From positions 13,364 to 77,363 of the IMG/VR virus record IMGVR_UViG_3300044852_000063: DNA of 64,000 nucleotides. One strand, given 5' to 3'. Of this stretch, positions 1 through 8,685 are shown in pieces. Numbering within the stretch: position 1 is the first letter of the stretch; each line of letters starts with the position of its first letter. The stretch is from a virus (lineage: Duplodnaviria; Caudoviricetes). The translations under genes and the position numbers were made by a program. Under the pieces are notes generated by a model. The model had not been told where the DNA came from. It saw only the letters and a list, made by a program, of their open reading frames with translations, and did not search any database.

Positions 1-3
1 GCC

Positions 4-270
4 ATGGAGAAAGTCACGTTGGAGCAGCTCAAAGAGATCCTCGAGCAGTCTCCACTCCTGGCTGACTACCTCAAGCTGTGTCCTGAGGTGGATAGAAGCG
101 CCGTCACCGGCGCTGTTATGGAAGTGGTGACCGAGTCATATGAGAAGAACACCCTTGGTGTGCGACTCATCAATACTCTGCTGCACCAGTACTTCATCAA
201 TGGCACGCTCACCAAGGCTGATGCCAAGAAGAGCAGCTTTCAAAAGACATTGAGCATGCCCCAAGCATAA
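4..270 (+). CDS. hypothetical protein (may extend upstream of the window)
   Basis: ORF at window edge with phage-like codon usage. Confidence 0.55.
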   Translation: MEKVTLEQLKEILEQSPLLADYLKLCPEVDRSAVTGAVMEVVTESYEKNTLGVRLINTLLHQYFINGTLTKADAKKSSFQKTLSMPQA

Positions 271-316
271 CTCAGCGTCCTTCAACCATCCTTTAGTGTA
301 ACTGTGAGGCTCAATC

Positions 317-1381
317 ATGAGTGCAAACCCCAATGGCCTGGTGGTCAAGATCCAACAAGCCCGTAGCATGATCGAACTGGCCATCCGTGCCGGTTTGGTG
401 CCCATGCTCCACGGCAGTCCTGCCATCGGTAAGTCGTCGATCATCAAAGCGATCGCCAAGGCCTACAACCTCAAGCTGATCGACCTGCGCCTCAGCCAGT
501 GTGACCCGACCGACCTGATGGGTTTCCCGAAGATCGACCCAGTCACCAACCGTGCCGGCTACGTGCCGATGGACACCTTCCCGCTGCGCGGTGATGAGCT
601 ACCCTTCCACGAAGACGGCTCCGGCAAGCGCTATGACGGCTGGTTGCTGTTCCTCGACGAGATGGGCAGTGCCAACAAGGCGGTGCAGGCAGCCTCCTAC
701 AAGGTGGTCCTGGACCGCATGGTGGGCAACTTCCACCTGCACGACTCGGTAGCCATCTGTGCCGCGGGCAACCTCGACACCGACAACGCCATCACCGAGG
801 AAATGTCCACCGCGCTGCAAAGCCGCCTGGTGCACCTGCACCTGGTGCTGGACGTCAAGCAATGGCTGGACTGGGCGTTTGCCGAAGGCATCGACCACCG
901 CATCACCTCGTACATTCAGTACAAGCCGGATGCGCTGTTCACCTTCAAGCCGGACCACACCGACCGCACCTACGCTGCACCGCGGACCTGGGAGTTCATG
1001 GACCGGCTGATCAAGACCGATGGTGGCCTGATCAAGAAGGACCAGATGCCGCTGTACGCCGGGACCATCTCCCAAGGCGTGGCCAGTGAGTTCGTGATTT
1101 TCACCGACGTCTACGCCAGCCTGCTCACGGTGCCGCAGATCATCGCCCGCCCGGACACCATCAATGTGCCCGACGAGCCGTCGATCCTGTATGCGCTGAC
1201 CGGCACCATCAGCTCGCACATGAACGAGCAGAACGCCGAAGCCCTGCTGGTGTTCCTCAAACGCATGCCGGTTGAGTTCCAGATCGTCGGCCTGAAAGAG
1301 GTGGTGCGCCGTAACAAACCAGCGCTGCAATACCCTGCTGTGCAGAAGTGGGTCGCCACCTCTGCCATCGAGCTGTTCTGA
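317..1381 (+). CDS. MoxR-like AAA+ ATPase (N4 gp24-like)
   Basis: Walker A GSPAIGKS, Walker B LFLDEM, DLRLSQCDPTDLMG, AAGN, PRTWE motifs. Confidence 0.92.
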   Translation: MSANPNGLVVKIQQARSMIELAIRAGLVPMLHGSPAIGKSSIIKAIAKAYNLKLIDLRLSQCDPTDLMGFPKIDPVTNRAGYVPMDTFPLRGDELPFHEDGSGKRYDGWLLFLDEMGSANKAVQAASYKVVLDRMVGNFHLHDSVAICAAGNLDTDNAITEEMSTALQSRLVHLHLVLDVKQWLDWAFAEGIDHRITSYIQYKPDALFTFKPDHTDRTYAAPRTWEFMDRLIKTDGGLIKKDQMPLYAGTISQGVASEFVIFTDVYASLLTVPQIIARPDTINVPDEPSILYALTGTISSHMNEQNAEALLVFLKRMPVEFQIVGLKEVVRRNKPALQYPAVQKWVATSAIELF

Positions 1382-1785
1382 TGGCTTTCGTCGACGGTTA
1401 CCACACCCTCGAACAGATCAGCTGGCCAGTCCCGGTGCGCCTCGAGGTGCGCCGTTGGCACGCTGATGCCACGGTCACCCAACTGTGCTTCAACTGTGGC
1501 TGGCAACGGCCAAGCCAGGCAGTAAAGATCCTCGAAACGCAGATACACCAGACACTCGAGGCGTTCAAGGTGAGCCCGGCTTATGCCGAGTTCAAACAGT
1601 TCCACGGCAATGTGTGTCTCTACACGGCCAATGCTGAAAAGCTGCAACCCACCGACGACTTCATCGCGCAATGCCGTGTGGTGGTCGACGCTGAGTACCC
1701 CGACTGGACCGAAGTTAACGAGTGGCGTTATGGCTCGAACGACGACGGCTGGACCGTGCTATTGAAGCGCAAGGAGTCCACCTGA
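1381..1785 (+). CDS. hypothetical protein
   Basis: ATG overlaps the upstream stop (TGATG); start trimmed from ORF track 1348. Confidence 0.7.
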   Translation: MAFVDGYHTLEQISWPVPVRLEVRRWHADATVTQLCFNCGWQRPSQAVKILETQIHQTLEAFKVSPAYAEFKQFHGNVCLYTANAEKLQPTDDFIAQCRVVVDAEYPDWTEVNEWRYGSNDDGWTVLLKRKEST

Positions 1786-1985
1786 TGGACAGCTTTACTG
1801 GCGTGCTGATCTGCATTGCGCTGATCTTCATGGCTGGCTTCGCCGCCGGCCGCTTTCTCCCCATGGGCGATGTCGCCCAGGACATCAACAACAAGGGTGA
1901 AGTGGTGATCCGCTCCACCGTCTACCAGTGTCAACCGTCGGCCAGCATCATCAATGGCCGGCGAGTGCCTCTCCAACTCAACTAA
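1785..1985 (+). CDS. small membrane protein
   Basis: AAGGAG RBS, TGATG coupling, N-terminal hydrophobic helix. Confidence 0.7.
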   Translation: MDSFTGVLICIALIFMAGFAAGRFLPMGDVAQDINNKGEVVIRSTVYQCQPSASIINGRRVPLQLN

Positions 1986-1998
1986 AACGGAAAACAAC

Positions 1999-2883
1999 AT
2001 GAAAAAGATCCTGATCATTGGTGCGGGTTTTTTGGCCCTGGCATCCTCGATGGCCTTCGCGGCGCCGGCTACCTCGCTGAAATTCTGTGCCGGCCTGTCG
2101 GGCGGCTTCTACGACAAGCTGGCGAGCGAGATTGGCCGGACTGTTACACAGAACAGCGGGGTGCCAGTCGAAGTCCTCGAGACTGGTGGCTCCGTCATGA
2201 ATGCCGAGAAAATGCAGGACAAGTCCTGCGACATCGCCATCATGCAGGCCGACGTGGCCATGAATCTCGGGCTGCGGGACGCCGAGTTCACCGATGCGCA
2301 CACCGAAACCGTGTTCTGGCTGCACGGCGCCAAGGGCGTCGACGACTTCGGCAAGATGGAAGACGACTCGAACGCCAAGCGCTTCGCCGTTGCCACCGTG
2401 CGTGGTAGCGGGGCCGCGGTCACCGTCAACAACTGGGTGAAGACCGACAAGGACTACGAAGGTGTGCGCATCGTCGAGATGGAAGACTGGGCCGAGGTGG
2501 CGAAAGCCGTGAGCCAGGGCTATGTCGTTCGTTCCGGTGAGCGCTTCGAGATCGCCGGCACCCTGTACATCGGTCGTTCCGTGTCCACCGACATCAGCGA
2601 AGACTTCGCCAAGACCATCCTGGTCGGCGAGGTCAACGATGATTCGTTCGCCGGGGCCAAAGACGCCAACGCCAACCCGCTGTACAGCCACTGCTCCGTG
2701 GTCAAGGCTCAGCGTTCTGGTTTGGGGACGTCGACCATCACCGACCCGGACACCTACTGCCTGACCGCGCAGATCGTCTTCAACAACGAAGCGGTCGCCG
2801 GTATGGCCAAGGACGATGCCAAGAAAGTGCGCAAGGCCGTGGCCAAGGGCATCAACAGCACCGTCAAGCTGGTTCGTCAGTAA
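1999..2883 (+). CDS. secreted TAXI-family (TRAP) solute-binding-like protein
   Basis: Signal peptide MKKILII...AFA; SGGFY, VLETGGSVMN and DIAIMQAD resemble TAXI receptor N-terminal motifs. Confidence 0.75.
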   Translation: MKKILIIGAGFLALASSMAFAAPATSLKFCAGLSGGFYDKLASEIGRTVTQNSGVPVEVLETGGSVMNAEKMQDKSCDIAIMQADVAMNLGLRDAEFTDAHTETVFWLHGAKGVDDFGKMEDDSNAKRFAVATVRGSGAAVTVNNWVKTDKDYEGVRIVEMEDWAEVAKAVSQGYVVRSGERFEIAGTLYIGRSVSTDISEDFAKTILVGEVNDDSFAGAKDANANPLYSHCSVVKAQRSGLGTSTITDPDTYCLTAQIVFNNEAVAGMAKDDAKKVRKAVAKGINSTVKLVRQ

Positions 2884-2889
2884 CAGCTG

Positions 2890-2916
2890 AAATCACCCCG
2901 TGACTGGGGTGATTTT
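2890..2916. terminator. putative intrinsic terminator
   Basis: AAATCACCCC-gtgact-GGGGTGATTT perfect 10-bp stem just after the stop codon; short T tail. Confidence 0.6.
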
Positions 2917-3022
2917 GGGGATGGTTCATGGCACTTCACCTGTGCGTTTGGCCAACTGCGTCACAGCTGTGAACCATCCACCACAATCACCTTATTCATT
3001 GCGCCTATTAGAGGTCGTTCCC

Positions 3023-3292
3023 ATGGCTACTCCCCGTTCTATTTCCGCCACCCTGTACCGTGGCCGCAGCAAAGAGAAAGTCTGGACCCGTTACTATAAT
3101 TGGATGGACACCGCCATGCCGCGGGCAGTGGCCTTGGCCATCCAGACCGGCGTCGACGGTGACGTAGTGGAATTTGCCAGCACCGAGCTGGGTTTCCAGA
3201 TCGGCGTGCTGCATGTGCGCTCCAAAAACCGTGTCGAGCTGGAGTATTCTCCCCTGGTGCGCAGCAGCCCGGCGCTGTTACGCCTGATTTAA
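3023..3292 (+). CDS. hypothetical protein
   Basis: GAGGT RBS before ATG 3023. Confidence 0.7.
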   Translation: MATPRSISATLYRGRSKEKVWTRYYNWMDTAMPRAVALAIQTGVDGDVVEFASTELGFQIGVLHVRSKNRVELEYSPLVRSSPALLRLI

Positions 3293-3302
3293 GGACTGTC
3301 CC

Positions 3303-3617
3303 ATGGACCTGCAAGACCTGGCTTACCTGCAAGCCGAGCTGGCCCAAGCCCAGCAGCAGGGCACCAAAATGTTGTTGGTCCGAACCACGGAACTGCAATC
3401 ACTGATCAGCTCGGTCAAAGAGCTGATGAAACTGCCCAAACAACCCGTGAAGATCCTCGGCTACGCCCGCAGTGGCGAAGTGCAGATGTTCAAACACGCC
3501 AAACTGATGACCATGCGCGTGCGTCGGCTGCCCAATGAGTGGACCGACCAGGCCGTTTATGTTGATCCACGAGGGATCACTTATGAACCAGAAAGCCCAG
3601 TACTACCTGTCCAGTGA
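3303..3617 (+). CDS. hypothetical protein
   Basis: AAGGA RBS, codon usage. Confidence 0.7.
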   Translation: MDLQDLAYLQAELAQAQQQGTKMLLVRTTELQSLISSVKELMKLPKQPVKILGYARSGEVQMFKHAKLMTMRVRRLPNEWTDQAVYVDPRGITYEPESPVLPVQ

Positions 3618-3939
3618 AGCCCTCCCCGAGAAGGAAGTGACTGAGCAGGAATTCATCAAAGCCGAGCGTGCCGCCGGCTTCCGTTCCAAATTCGGTCCTG
3701 ACCATGTTGCCACCGGCGGTTTCACCGGCGCGGGCATGCACGGCCGGGTAGTCTACGTCGATCCCGACGTGCCTGAACCCGTGCTGGAGGCTGGTGAAGA
3801 AGACCAGCGCCGCAGTGACCACATCTTCTACACCCGCCAGTTGCTGGCGCGGGCGGCCAAGGTGATGGAAGTTGAGCCGGAGTCCATCTCCTGGTTTGAC
3901 GTGGTCGGCTGGATGGAAGAACACCACGGTGTGAAATGA
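3583..3939 (+). CDS. hypothetical protein
   Basis: GAGGGA RBS before ATG 3583. Confidence 0.7.
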   Translation: MNQKAQYYLSSEALPEKEVTEQEFIKAERAAGFRSKFGPDHVATGGFTGAGMHGRVVYVDPDVPEPVLEAGEEDQRRSDHIFYTRQLLARAAKVMEVEPESISWFDVVGWMEEHHGVK

Positions 3940-4241
3940 AAACCCATGTCCGCTGCCGTGGCTGTGGTCGTCGCAAGTACCTGCCCAAAGCCCCCGGTGA
4001 ATACCTGGTCCAGCCCGAGTGCGCCACCTGTGGTGAGCGCAACTGGCGAGTGGACGCCTGGAAAAATCACCCGGCCAACAAGCACGTCTGCGAAGGCACC
4101 TGCCGTCACTACCCGCACCGCCGTGGCAGCCTGAAGTGTTACTACAACGCCGACGGCACCGACAAACCCACCGAGCAGTTGTACCAGGAGCTGTATGGCG
4201 AACTCGACGAGCAACAGTCCGGGTCCCCCGGAATGTATTGA
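3936..4241 (+). CDS. Cys/His-rich putative zinc-binding protein
   Basis: CRGC, CATC, C..C.HYPHRRGS..C; ATGA overlap. Confidence 0.7.
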   Translation: MKTHVRCRGCGRRKYLPKAPGEYLVQPECATCGERNWRVDAWKNHPANKHVCEGTCRHYPHRRGSLKCYYNADGTDKPTEQLYQELYGELDEQQSGSPGMY

Positions 4242-4416
4242 GCAGGCCAGTGCCACCAAGTACAACGCCTGCCGCATTTATGGCCGGATCACTGCCTTCG
4301 GCGTGACCTATATCTACATCAAGGACCTGGACGTGCTGATCCGACAGGACCTCTACCCCGCCTTCAAACTGCTGCGCAAGCAGGGAGCCCTCGATGCCTT
4401 TAAACAACCCGATTGA
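4195..4416 (+). CDS. hypothetical protein
   Basis: AGGAG upstream; fills the gap between neighbours. Confidence 0.6.
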   Translation: MANSTSNSPGPPECIEQASATKYNACRIYGRITAFGVTYIYIKDLDVLIRQDLYPAFKLLRKQGALDAFKQPD

Positions 4417-4879
4417 CGACCTACTGCCGGAGATCGCCGCCACGGTGGAACGCTGGAAAGCGCAGAACACCCCGGTGAAACTCCAGGCCGACATCTTCCG
4501 CCGGCTGGACAAGGAGCGGGACGTGATCCTGCTCAAGCTGCTGGGCTTCGACGCCAGCTATGGCGGCTGGAACCTGGACCACTGCAATGGCCGCGCCGGG
4601 GAATCCACGGCAGGGCTGTTCCTCAAACAGGTGCAAGGCGAAGCCATCAAAGACTGGCTGACCCGCACCGTGATGCCAACCCTGACCGATGAACGCCGCG
4701 AGTCGATCATGAAAGGCATGGCCCAGCACTACGAATCCCTGTTCCGTGAAGGCCTGAAGAAGGCCATCGCCGACAAGGCCAAGGCTGACATCGCCGCCGT
4801 AATGGACGAGATCGCCAAGTGCAACAACATCGACAAGTACCTGAAAGTGTTGGGCCTGATCGGCGCCGACCAGGAGTAA
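4394..4879 (+). CDS. hypothetical protein
   Basis: GGGAG RBS, helical sequence. Confidence 0.75.
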   Translation: MPLNNPIDDLLPEIAATVERWKAQNTPVKLQADIFRRLDKERDVILLKLLGFDASYGGWNLDHCNGRAGESTAGLFLKQVQGEAIKDWLTRTVMPTLTDERRESIMKGMAQHYESLFREGLKKAIADKAKADIAAVMDEIAKCNNIDKYLKVLGLIGADQE

Positions 4880-4882
4880 ACC

Positions 4883-5356
4883 ATGGGCGATCGTTGCTAT
4901 GTGGAACTCACCGTGCTCACCGAGCAACTGCCGCAGGTAATGCACATAACCAAGGTCGAAGACTATGCCCCCTGTGAAACCAGGGAAGAAGACGATGCCA
5001 CGGTGCTGTGCTTCGAGGAAGTCAACTACGGCACCATCCCCTGGCTGGGCCAGCTGACCGACCTGGGCATTGCCTGGGACAGTCGCTGGCACGGCGGTGA
5101 TGAGTACGGTCCTGGACGTAAACAAACCCGTTTTGCACCGGACGGTACAGTACAAGAGTTGGAGTACTGCGACACTGAAGAAGGCGTGATCGACACCAGC
5201 AAATTGCTGGAGTTCATGAATACCCTCGGCGTCACAGTGGACAGTATCCGTAACTACATTCTTGATCATGTCCGCTCATTTGACCCCCTGCCATGGGAGG
5301 GTCAGATAGAGTTCGGCAAACGTCACCTGGCCCTCAAATTAATAGGTGGAACATGA
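4883..5356 (+). CDS. hypothetical acidic protein
   Basis: GGAGTAAACCATG junction. Confidence 0.75.
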   Translation: MGDRCYVELTVLTEQLPQVMHITKVEDYAPCETREEDDATVLCFEEVNYGTIPWLGQLTDLGIAWDSRWHGGDEYGPGRKQTRFAPDGTVQELEYCDTEEGVIDTSKLLEFMNTLGVTVDSIRNYILDHVRSFDPLPWEGQIEFGKRHLALKLIGGT

Positions 5357-6483
5357 GCACCATTCCCGACGACATCCTGGCGAAAGCCAAGAAGGCCCTG
5401 GACAAAGCCAAGATCGAACTGATCAGCAGCACCAACAGTGCCTTCATCTCCACCGTGTGCTTCAGCATGAAGTGCCTGTGGCGTGACGACATCCCGACCG
5501 CCATGACCAATGGCCGGGCGATCTGGTTCAACCCCTTCGCCTACCTCAAGCTCACCCCCGGCCAGCAACTCAGCCGCCTGCTGCACGAGACCTGGCACCC
5601 GGCACTGTTGCACCTGGACCGGGTCGGTGACCGTGATCCACACAAGTGGAACGCGGCCTGTGACTACTTCATCAACCTGATGCTCACCGACGCCGGTTAC
5701 GAGAAGATCGAGACCTGGCTGTGGGACCCGCAGTACCGCGGCATGTCGGCCGATGAGATCTACAAACTGCTGCCGTCACCCCCGGAAGGCTGGCCGGACT
5801 CTGATGAGAACGACCTCGAGCCACCGCAAGACGAACCGGAACGGGTCGAGCTGCAATTCCACCTGGACCAGGTGCTGATCCGCGCCGCGGTGCAGTCGAA
5901 GATGGCCGGTGACGCTCCTGGGACCATCCCGGGCTCGGTGCAGACCTACCTGGACAAGCTGCTCAACCCGATCCTGCCGTGGAACCGCATCTTGCTCAAG
6001 CACATGCACGGCTTGAACAAGAACGACTACAGCTGGAAAAAGCCCAACCGGCGGTTCTTCCCAGAGCACCACCTGCCGAGCTTGCACAGTGACTCACTGG
6101 ACGAGATCGCTACGTTCGTCGACATCTCGGGTTCGGTCAGTGACCAGGACTTCACGCAGACCGTCAGCGAAACCCACGCGATCATCCGCCAGTTCCGCCC
6201 TCGGCTGATTCACTTTGGCCAGTTCGACACGCGCATCGTCTCGATGACCAAGATCAAGACCGTCAAGGAGCTGCTCGACACTCCGTTCCACGGGCGTGGC
6301 GGCACCATCATCCGGCCGGTGATCGAGTGGATCAAAGAGAACAAGCCGAAGCTGACCCTGATCTTCAGTGATGGCGGTTTCCGCCACCATGACGAAGACC
6401 CAGGCACGCCGATCATCTGGCTGATCCACAACAACCCCACCTGGACCGCGCCCTACGGCAAGGTCATTCACTACGACATGTAG
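5353..6483 (+). CDS. HExxH metallopeptidase-like / VWA domain protein (N4 gp25-like)
   Basis: HETWH, WNAACDYFIN, MIDAS VDISGS, GRGGT, FSDG; start at ATG 5353. Confidence 0.9.
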   Translation: MSTIPDDILAKAKKALDKAKIELISSTNSAFISTVCFSMKCLWRDDIPTAMTNGRAIWFNPFAYLKLTPGQQLSRLLHETWHPALLHLDRVGDRDPHKWNAACDYFINLMLTDAGYEKIETWLWDPQYRGMSADEIYKLLPSPPEGWPDSDENDLEPPQDEPERVELQFHLDQVLIRAAVQSKMAGDAPGTIPGSVQTYLDKLLNPILPWNRILLKHMHGLNKNDYSWKKPNRRFFPEHHLPSLHSDSLDEIATFVDISGSVSDQDFTQTVSETHAIIRQFRPRLIHFGQFDTRIVSMTKIKTVKELLDTPFHGRGGTIIRPVIEWIKENKPKLTLIFSDGGFRHHDEDPGTPIIWLIHNNPTWTAPYGKVIHYDM

Positions 6484-6494
6484 GAAGCGAAACC

Positions 6495-7751
6495 ATGAGC
6501 TTTGACCCCAACATCGTTCTGTCGGAAGACCAGCAAAAAGCCTTCGAGGACTTTGTTGGTTTCATGCTTGACCCGCACCAGTATGTGTTCGTGCTGTCCG
6601 GATACTCCGGCACCGGCAAGAGCACCCTGGTGCATTACCTGATCGAGAAGCTGGGCCAGATTTTCAAAACGGCCAAGCTGATCGATCCGAATGCCCGTGA
6701 CTGGGACGTGCAGCTCACTGCCACCACCAACCAGGCGGCCGATGCCCTGGCCTACCTCAGTGGCATGGACGTGCGCACCATTCACAGCTTCTTGGGTCTG
6801 CGGGTCGAGACCAATTACCGCACCCAGGAAACCACGCTGATCCCCCGTGATCGCAACGACATCAAGGAGGGCTACCTGCTCTTCGTCGATGAAGCCAGCA
6901 AGTGCGACACCTTGCTGCTGGGGATGATTTTCCAGCTGACCAACAAGTGCAAGATCGTGCTGATGGGCGACAAGGCCCAGCTGTTGCAAGTCAAGTCGGC
7001 CACCGCCCCAGCCTTTGAGGCAGGCTTCCCCGGTGCGCACCTGTCCAAGGTCATGCGTCAGGCCGAAGGCAGCCCGATCATGGCCATGGCCACTTCGTTC
7101 CGCAACACGGTCGAGACCGGCGTCTGGGAGCAGTTCGTGCCGGACGGTCACCATGTGCAGTGGCTGAGCCGCGAGCACTTCGAGGACCAGATCCGCGCCG
7201 AGTTCACCCGGCCGGACTGGAGCTGCCGTGACTCCAAGGTGCTGGCCTGGACCAACAAGACGGTGATCGCCTACAACCAGGCGATTCGTGACCTGGTGCA
7301 CGGTGATCCGGAACTGAAGGTCGACGACTTCGCCGTGTGCAACAAGTACATGAAGTCCGGGGCGTTCAGCATTCCCACCGACAAGATCGTGTTGATCAGC
7401 GACATCGGCCCGGACATCGAGCAGCACGGGGTGATCGGCAACATGATCGAGGTCGAGCACCGCGCCAGCTTCTTCATGCCCAAGCGTCTGGAGGACCGCA
7501 AGGCCCTGCTGAAGTACGCGCAAGACCATGAGCAGTTCGACCTGGTGGCGCACATCGAGACCTTCTGGATCGACCTGCGCGCAGCCTTCGCCTGCACCAT
7601 CGACAAATCCCAGGGCTCGACCTACGACACGGTGTTCATCGACCTAGATGACCTGCGCCGTTGCACCAACGGCAACACCCTGGCCCGCCTGATGTACGTC
7701 GGCACCAGCCGCGCCCGTCACTTCGTCAAATTCACCGGAGATCTCGCATGA
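6495..7751 (+). CDS. SF1B DNA helicase (Dda/RecD-like)
   Basis: GYSGTGKS, VDEAS, GDKAQL, KSQGSTY, YVGTSRA. Confidence 0.93.
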   Translation: MSFDPNIVLSEDQQKAFEDFVGFMLDPHQYVFVLSGYSGTGKSTLVHYLIEKLGQIFKTAKLIDPNARDWDVQLTATTNQAADALAYLSGMDVRTIHSFLGLRVETNYRTQETTLIPRDRNDIKEGYLLFVDEASKCDTLLLGMIFQLTNKCKIVLMGDKAQLLQVKSATAPAFEAGFPGAHLSKVMRQAEGSPIMAMATSFRNTVETGVWEQFVPDGHHVQWLSREHFEDQIRAEFTRPDWSCRDSKVLAWTNKTVIAYNQAIRDLVHGDPELKVDDFAVCNKYMKSGAFSIPTDKIVLISDIGPDIEQHGVIGNMIEVEHRASFFMPKRLEDRKALLKYAQDHEQFDLVAHIETFWIDLRAAFACTIDKSQGSTYDTVFIDLDDLRRCTNGNTLARLMYVGTSRARHFVKFTGDLA

Positions 7752-8149
7752 CCGAAGGCCATCCAGACATTCCGCCCATTTGCCCGTACTGCTCAAACCA
7801 GTCCGTGCAAGTGGGTGGGCTGAAGCTGTACCCGCACCGTGAAGACCTGGCCAGCAAGACCTTCTACCTGTGCGAGCCGTGCGATGCGTTTGTTGGCACG
7901 CACAAGGGCACCAACAAGCCCTTGGGCACCCTGGCCAACAAACCGCTACGGGAAATCCGTAAACTCGCCCACGCCACCTTCGATCCCCTGTGGAAAGACG
8001 GCCAGTATGGGCGCGGCGAGGCTTACAGACGCCTGGCCAAGGCCATGGGAATTACCCGGGAAGATTGCCACATTGCCATGTTCTCTATTGAACAGTGCAA
8101 GTCGGTGATTCAAGTGGTTAATTCCAATGAAATTCACCGTTTAATTTAG
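7748..8149 (+). CDS. zinc-finger protein (DUF3268-like)
   Basis: CPYC, CEPCDAFVGTH, PLGTLAN, AHATFDPLW, CHIAMF. Confidence 0.82.
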   Translation: MTEGHPDIPPICPYCSNQSVQVGGLKLYPHREDLASKTFYLCEPCDAFVGTHKGTNKPLGTLANKPLREIRKLAHATFDPLWKDGQYGRGEAYRRLAKAMGITREDCHIAMFSIEQCKSVIQVVNSNEIHRLI

Positions 8150-8160
8150 TTGGAGCGCCC

Positions 8161-8676
8161 ATGGACAGTCAGCATGACCCCAGAACTAAGCAACAACTGA
8201 AGGATATGCTGTACCACTACCTGTATGACCCGGTAGAGCGGCGCTTCAAAGAGCGACTGGACAGTATTATCCGCGCCAATTCCATTGCTGTGCACTCAGG
8301 CTATGACTGTTTCAGTTACAAGAGCAAAGTGTACATGATGGACGAGCGTTACTTGCCACCTAGACAGCCACCCCGGCTGGATAAGTCGCTAGTACCAACC
8401 ATGGACCTATACTTGGCCGAATTGGCTGAGGTCAACGACAAGGAAATGCCCTTTGTACTGGGGTTCATTACCCAAGTCCTGAACTCAAGCGACAACTTGC
8501 ACGACTATATCCGGGCACTACCGCCTTCAGTGCATAAACCACTGAAGGATATTATTGCTCAGTGTGGTTGTAAGACCGCTTCACTGTCTGAACTGGAGTT
8601 GCAGAACTTGTTAATCCGCAACACCGCGTCTATTAACCTGATGAAACAGCGCATGGTCCTGAACTTGTTGCTGTAA
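8161..8676 (+). CDS. conserved hypothetical protein upstream of DNA polymerase
   Basis: GGAG RBS; position between helicase and polymerase typical of N4-like phages. Confidence 0.75.
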   Translation: MDSQHDPRTKQQLKDMLYHYLYDPVERRFKERLDSIIRANSIAVHSGYDCFSYKSKVYMMDERYLPPRQPPRLDKSLVPTMDLYLAELAEVNDKEMPFVLGFITQVLNSSDNLHDYIRALPPSVHKPLKDIIAQCGCKTASLSELELQNLLIRNTASINLMKQRMVLNLLL

Positions 8677-8685
8677 GGAGCTTTA

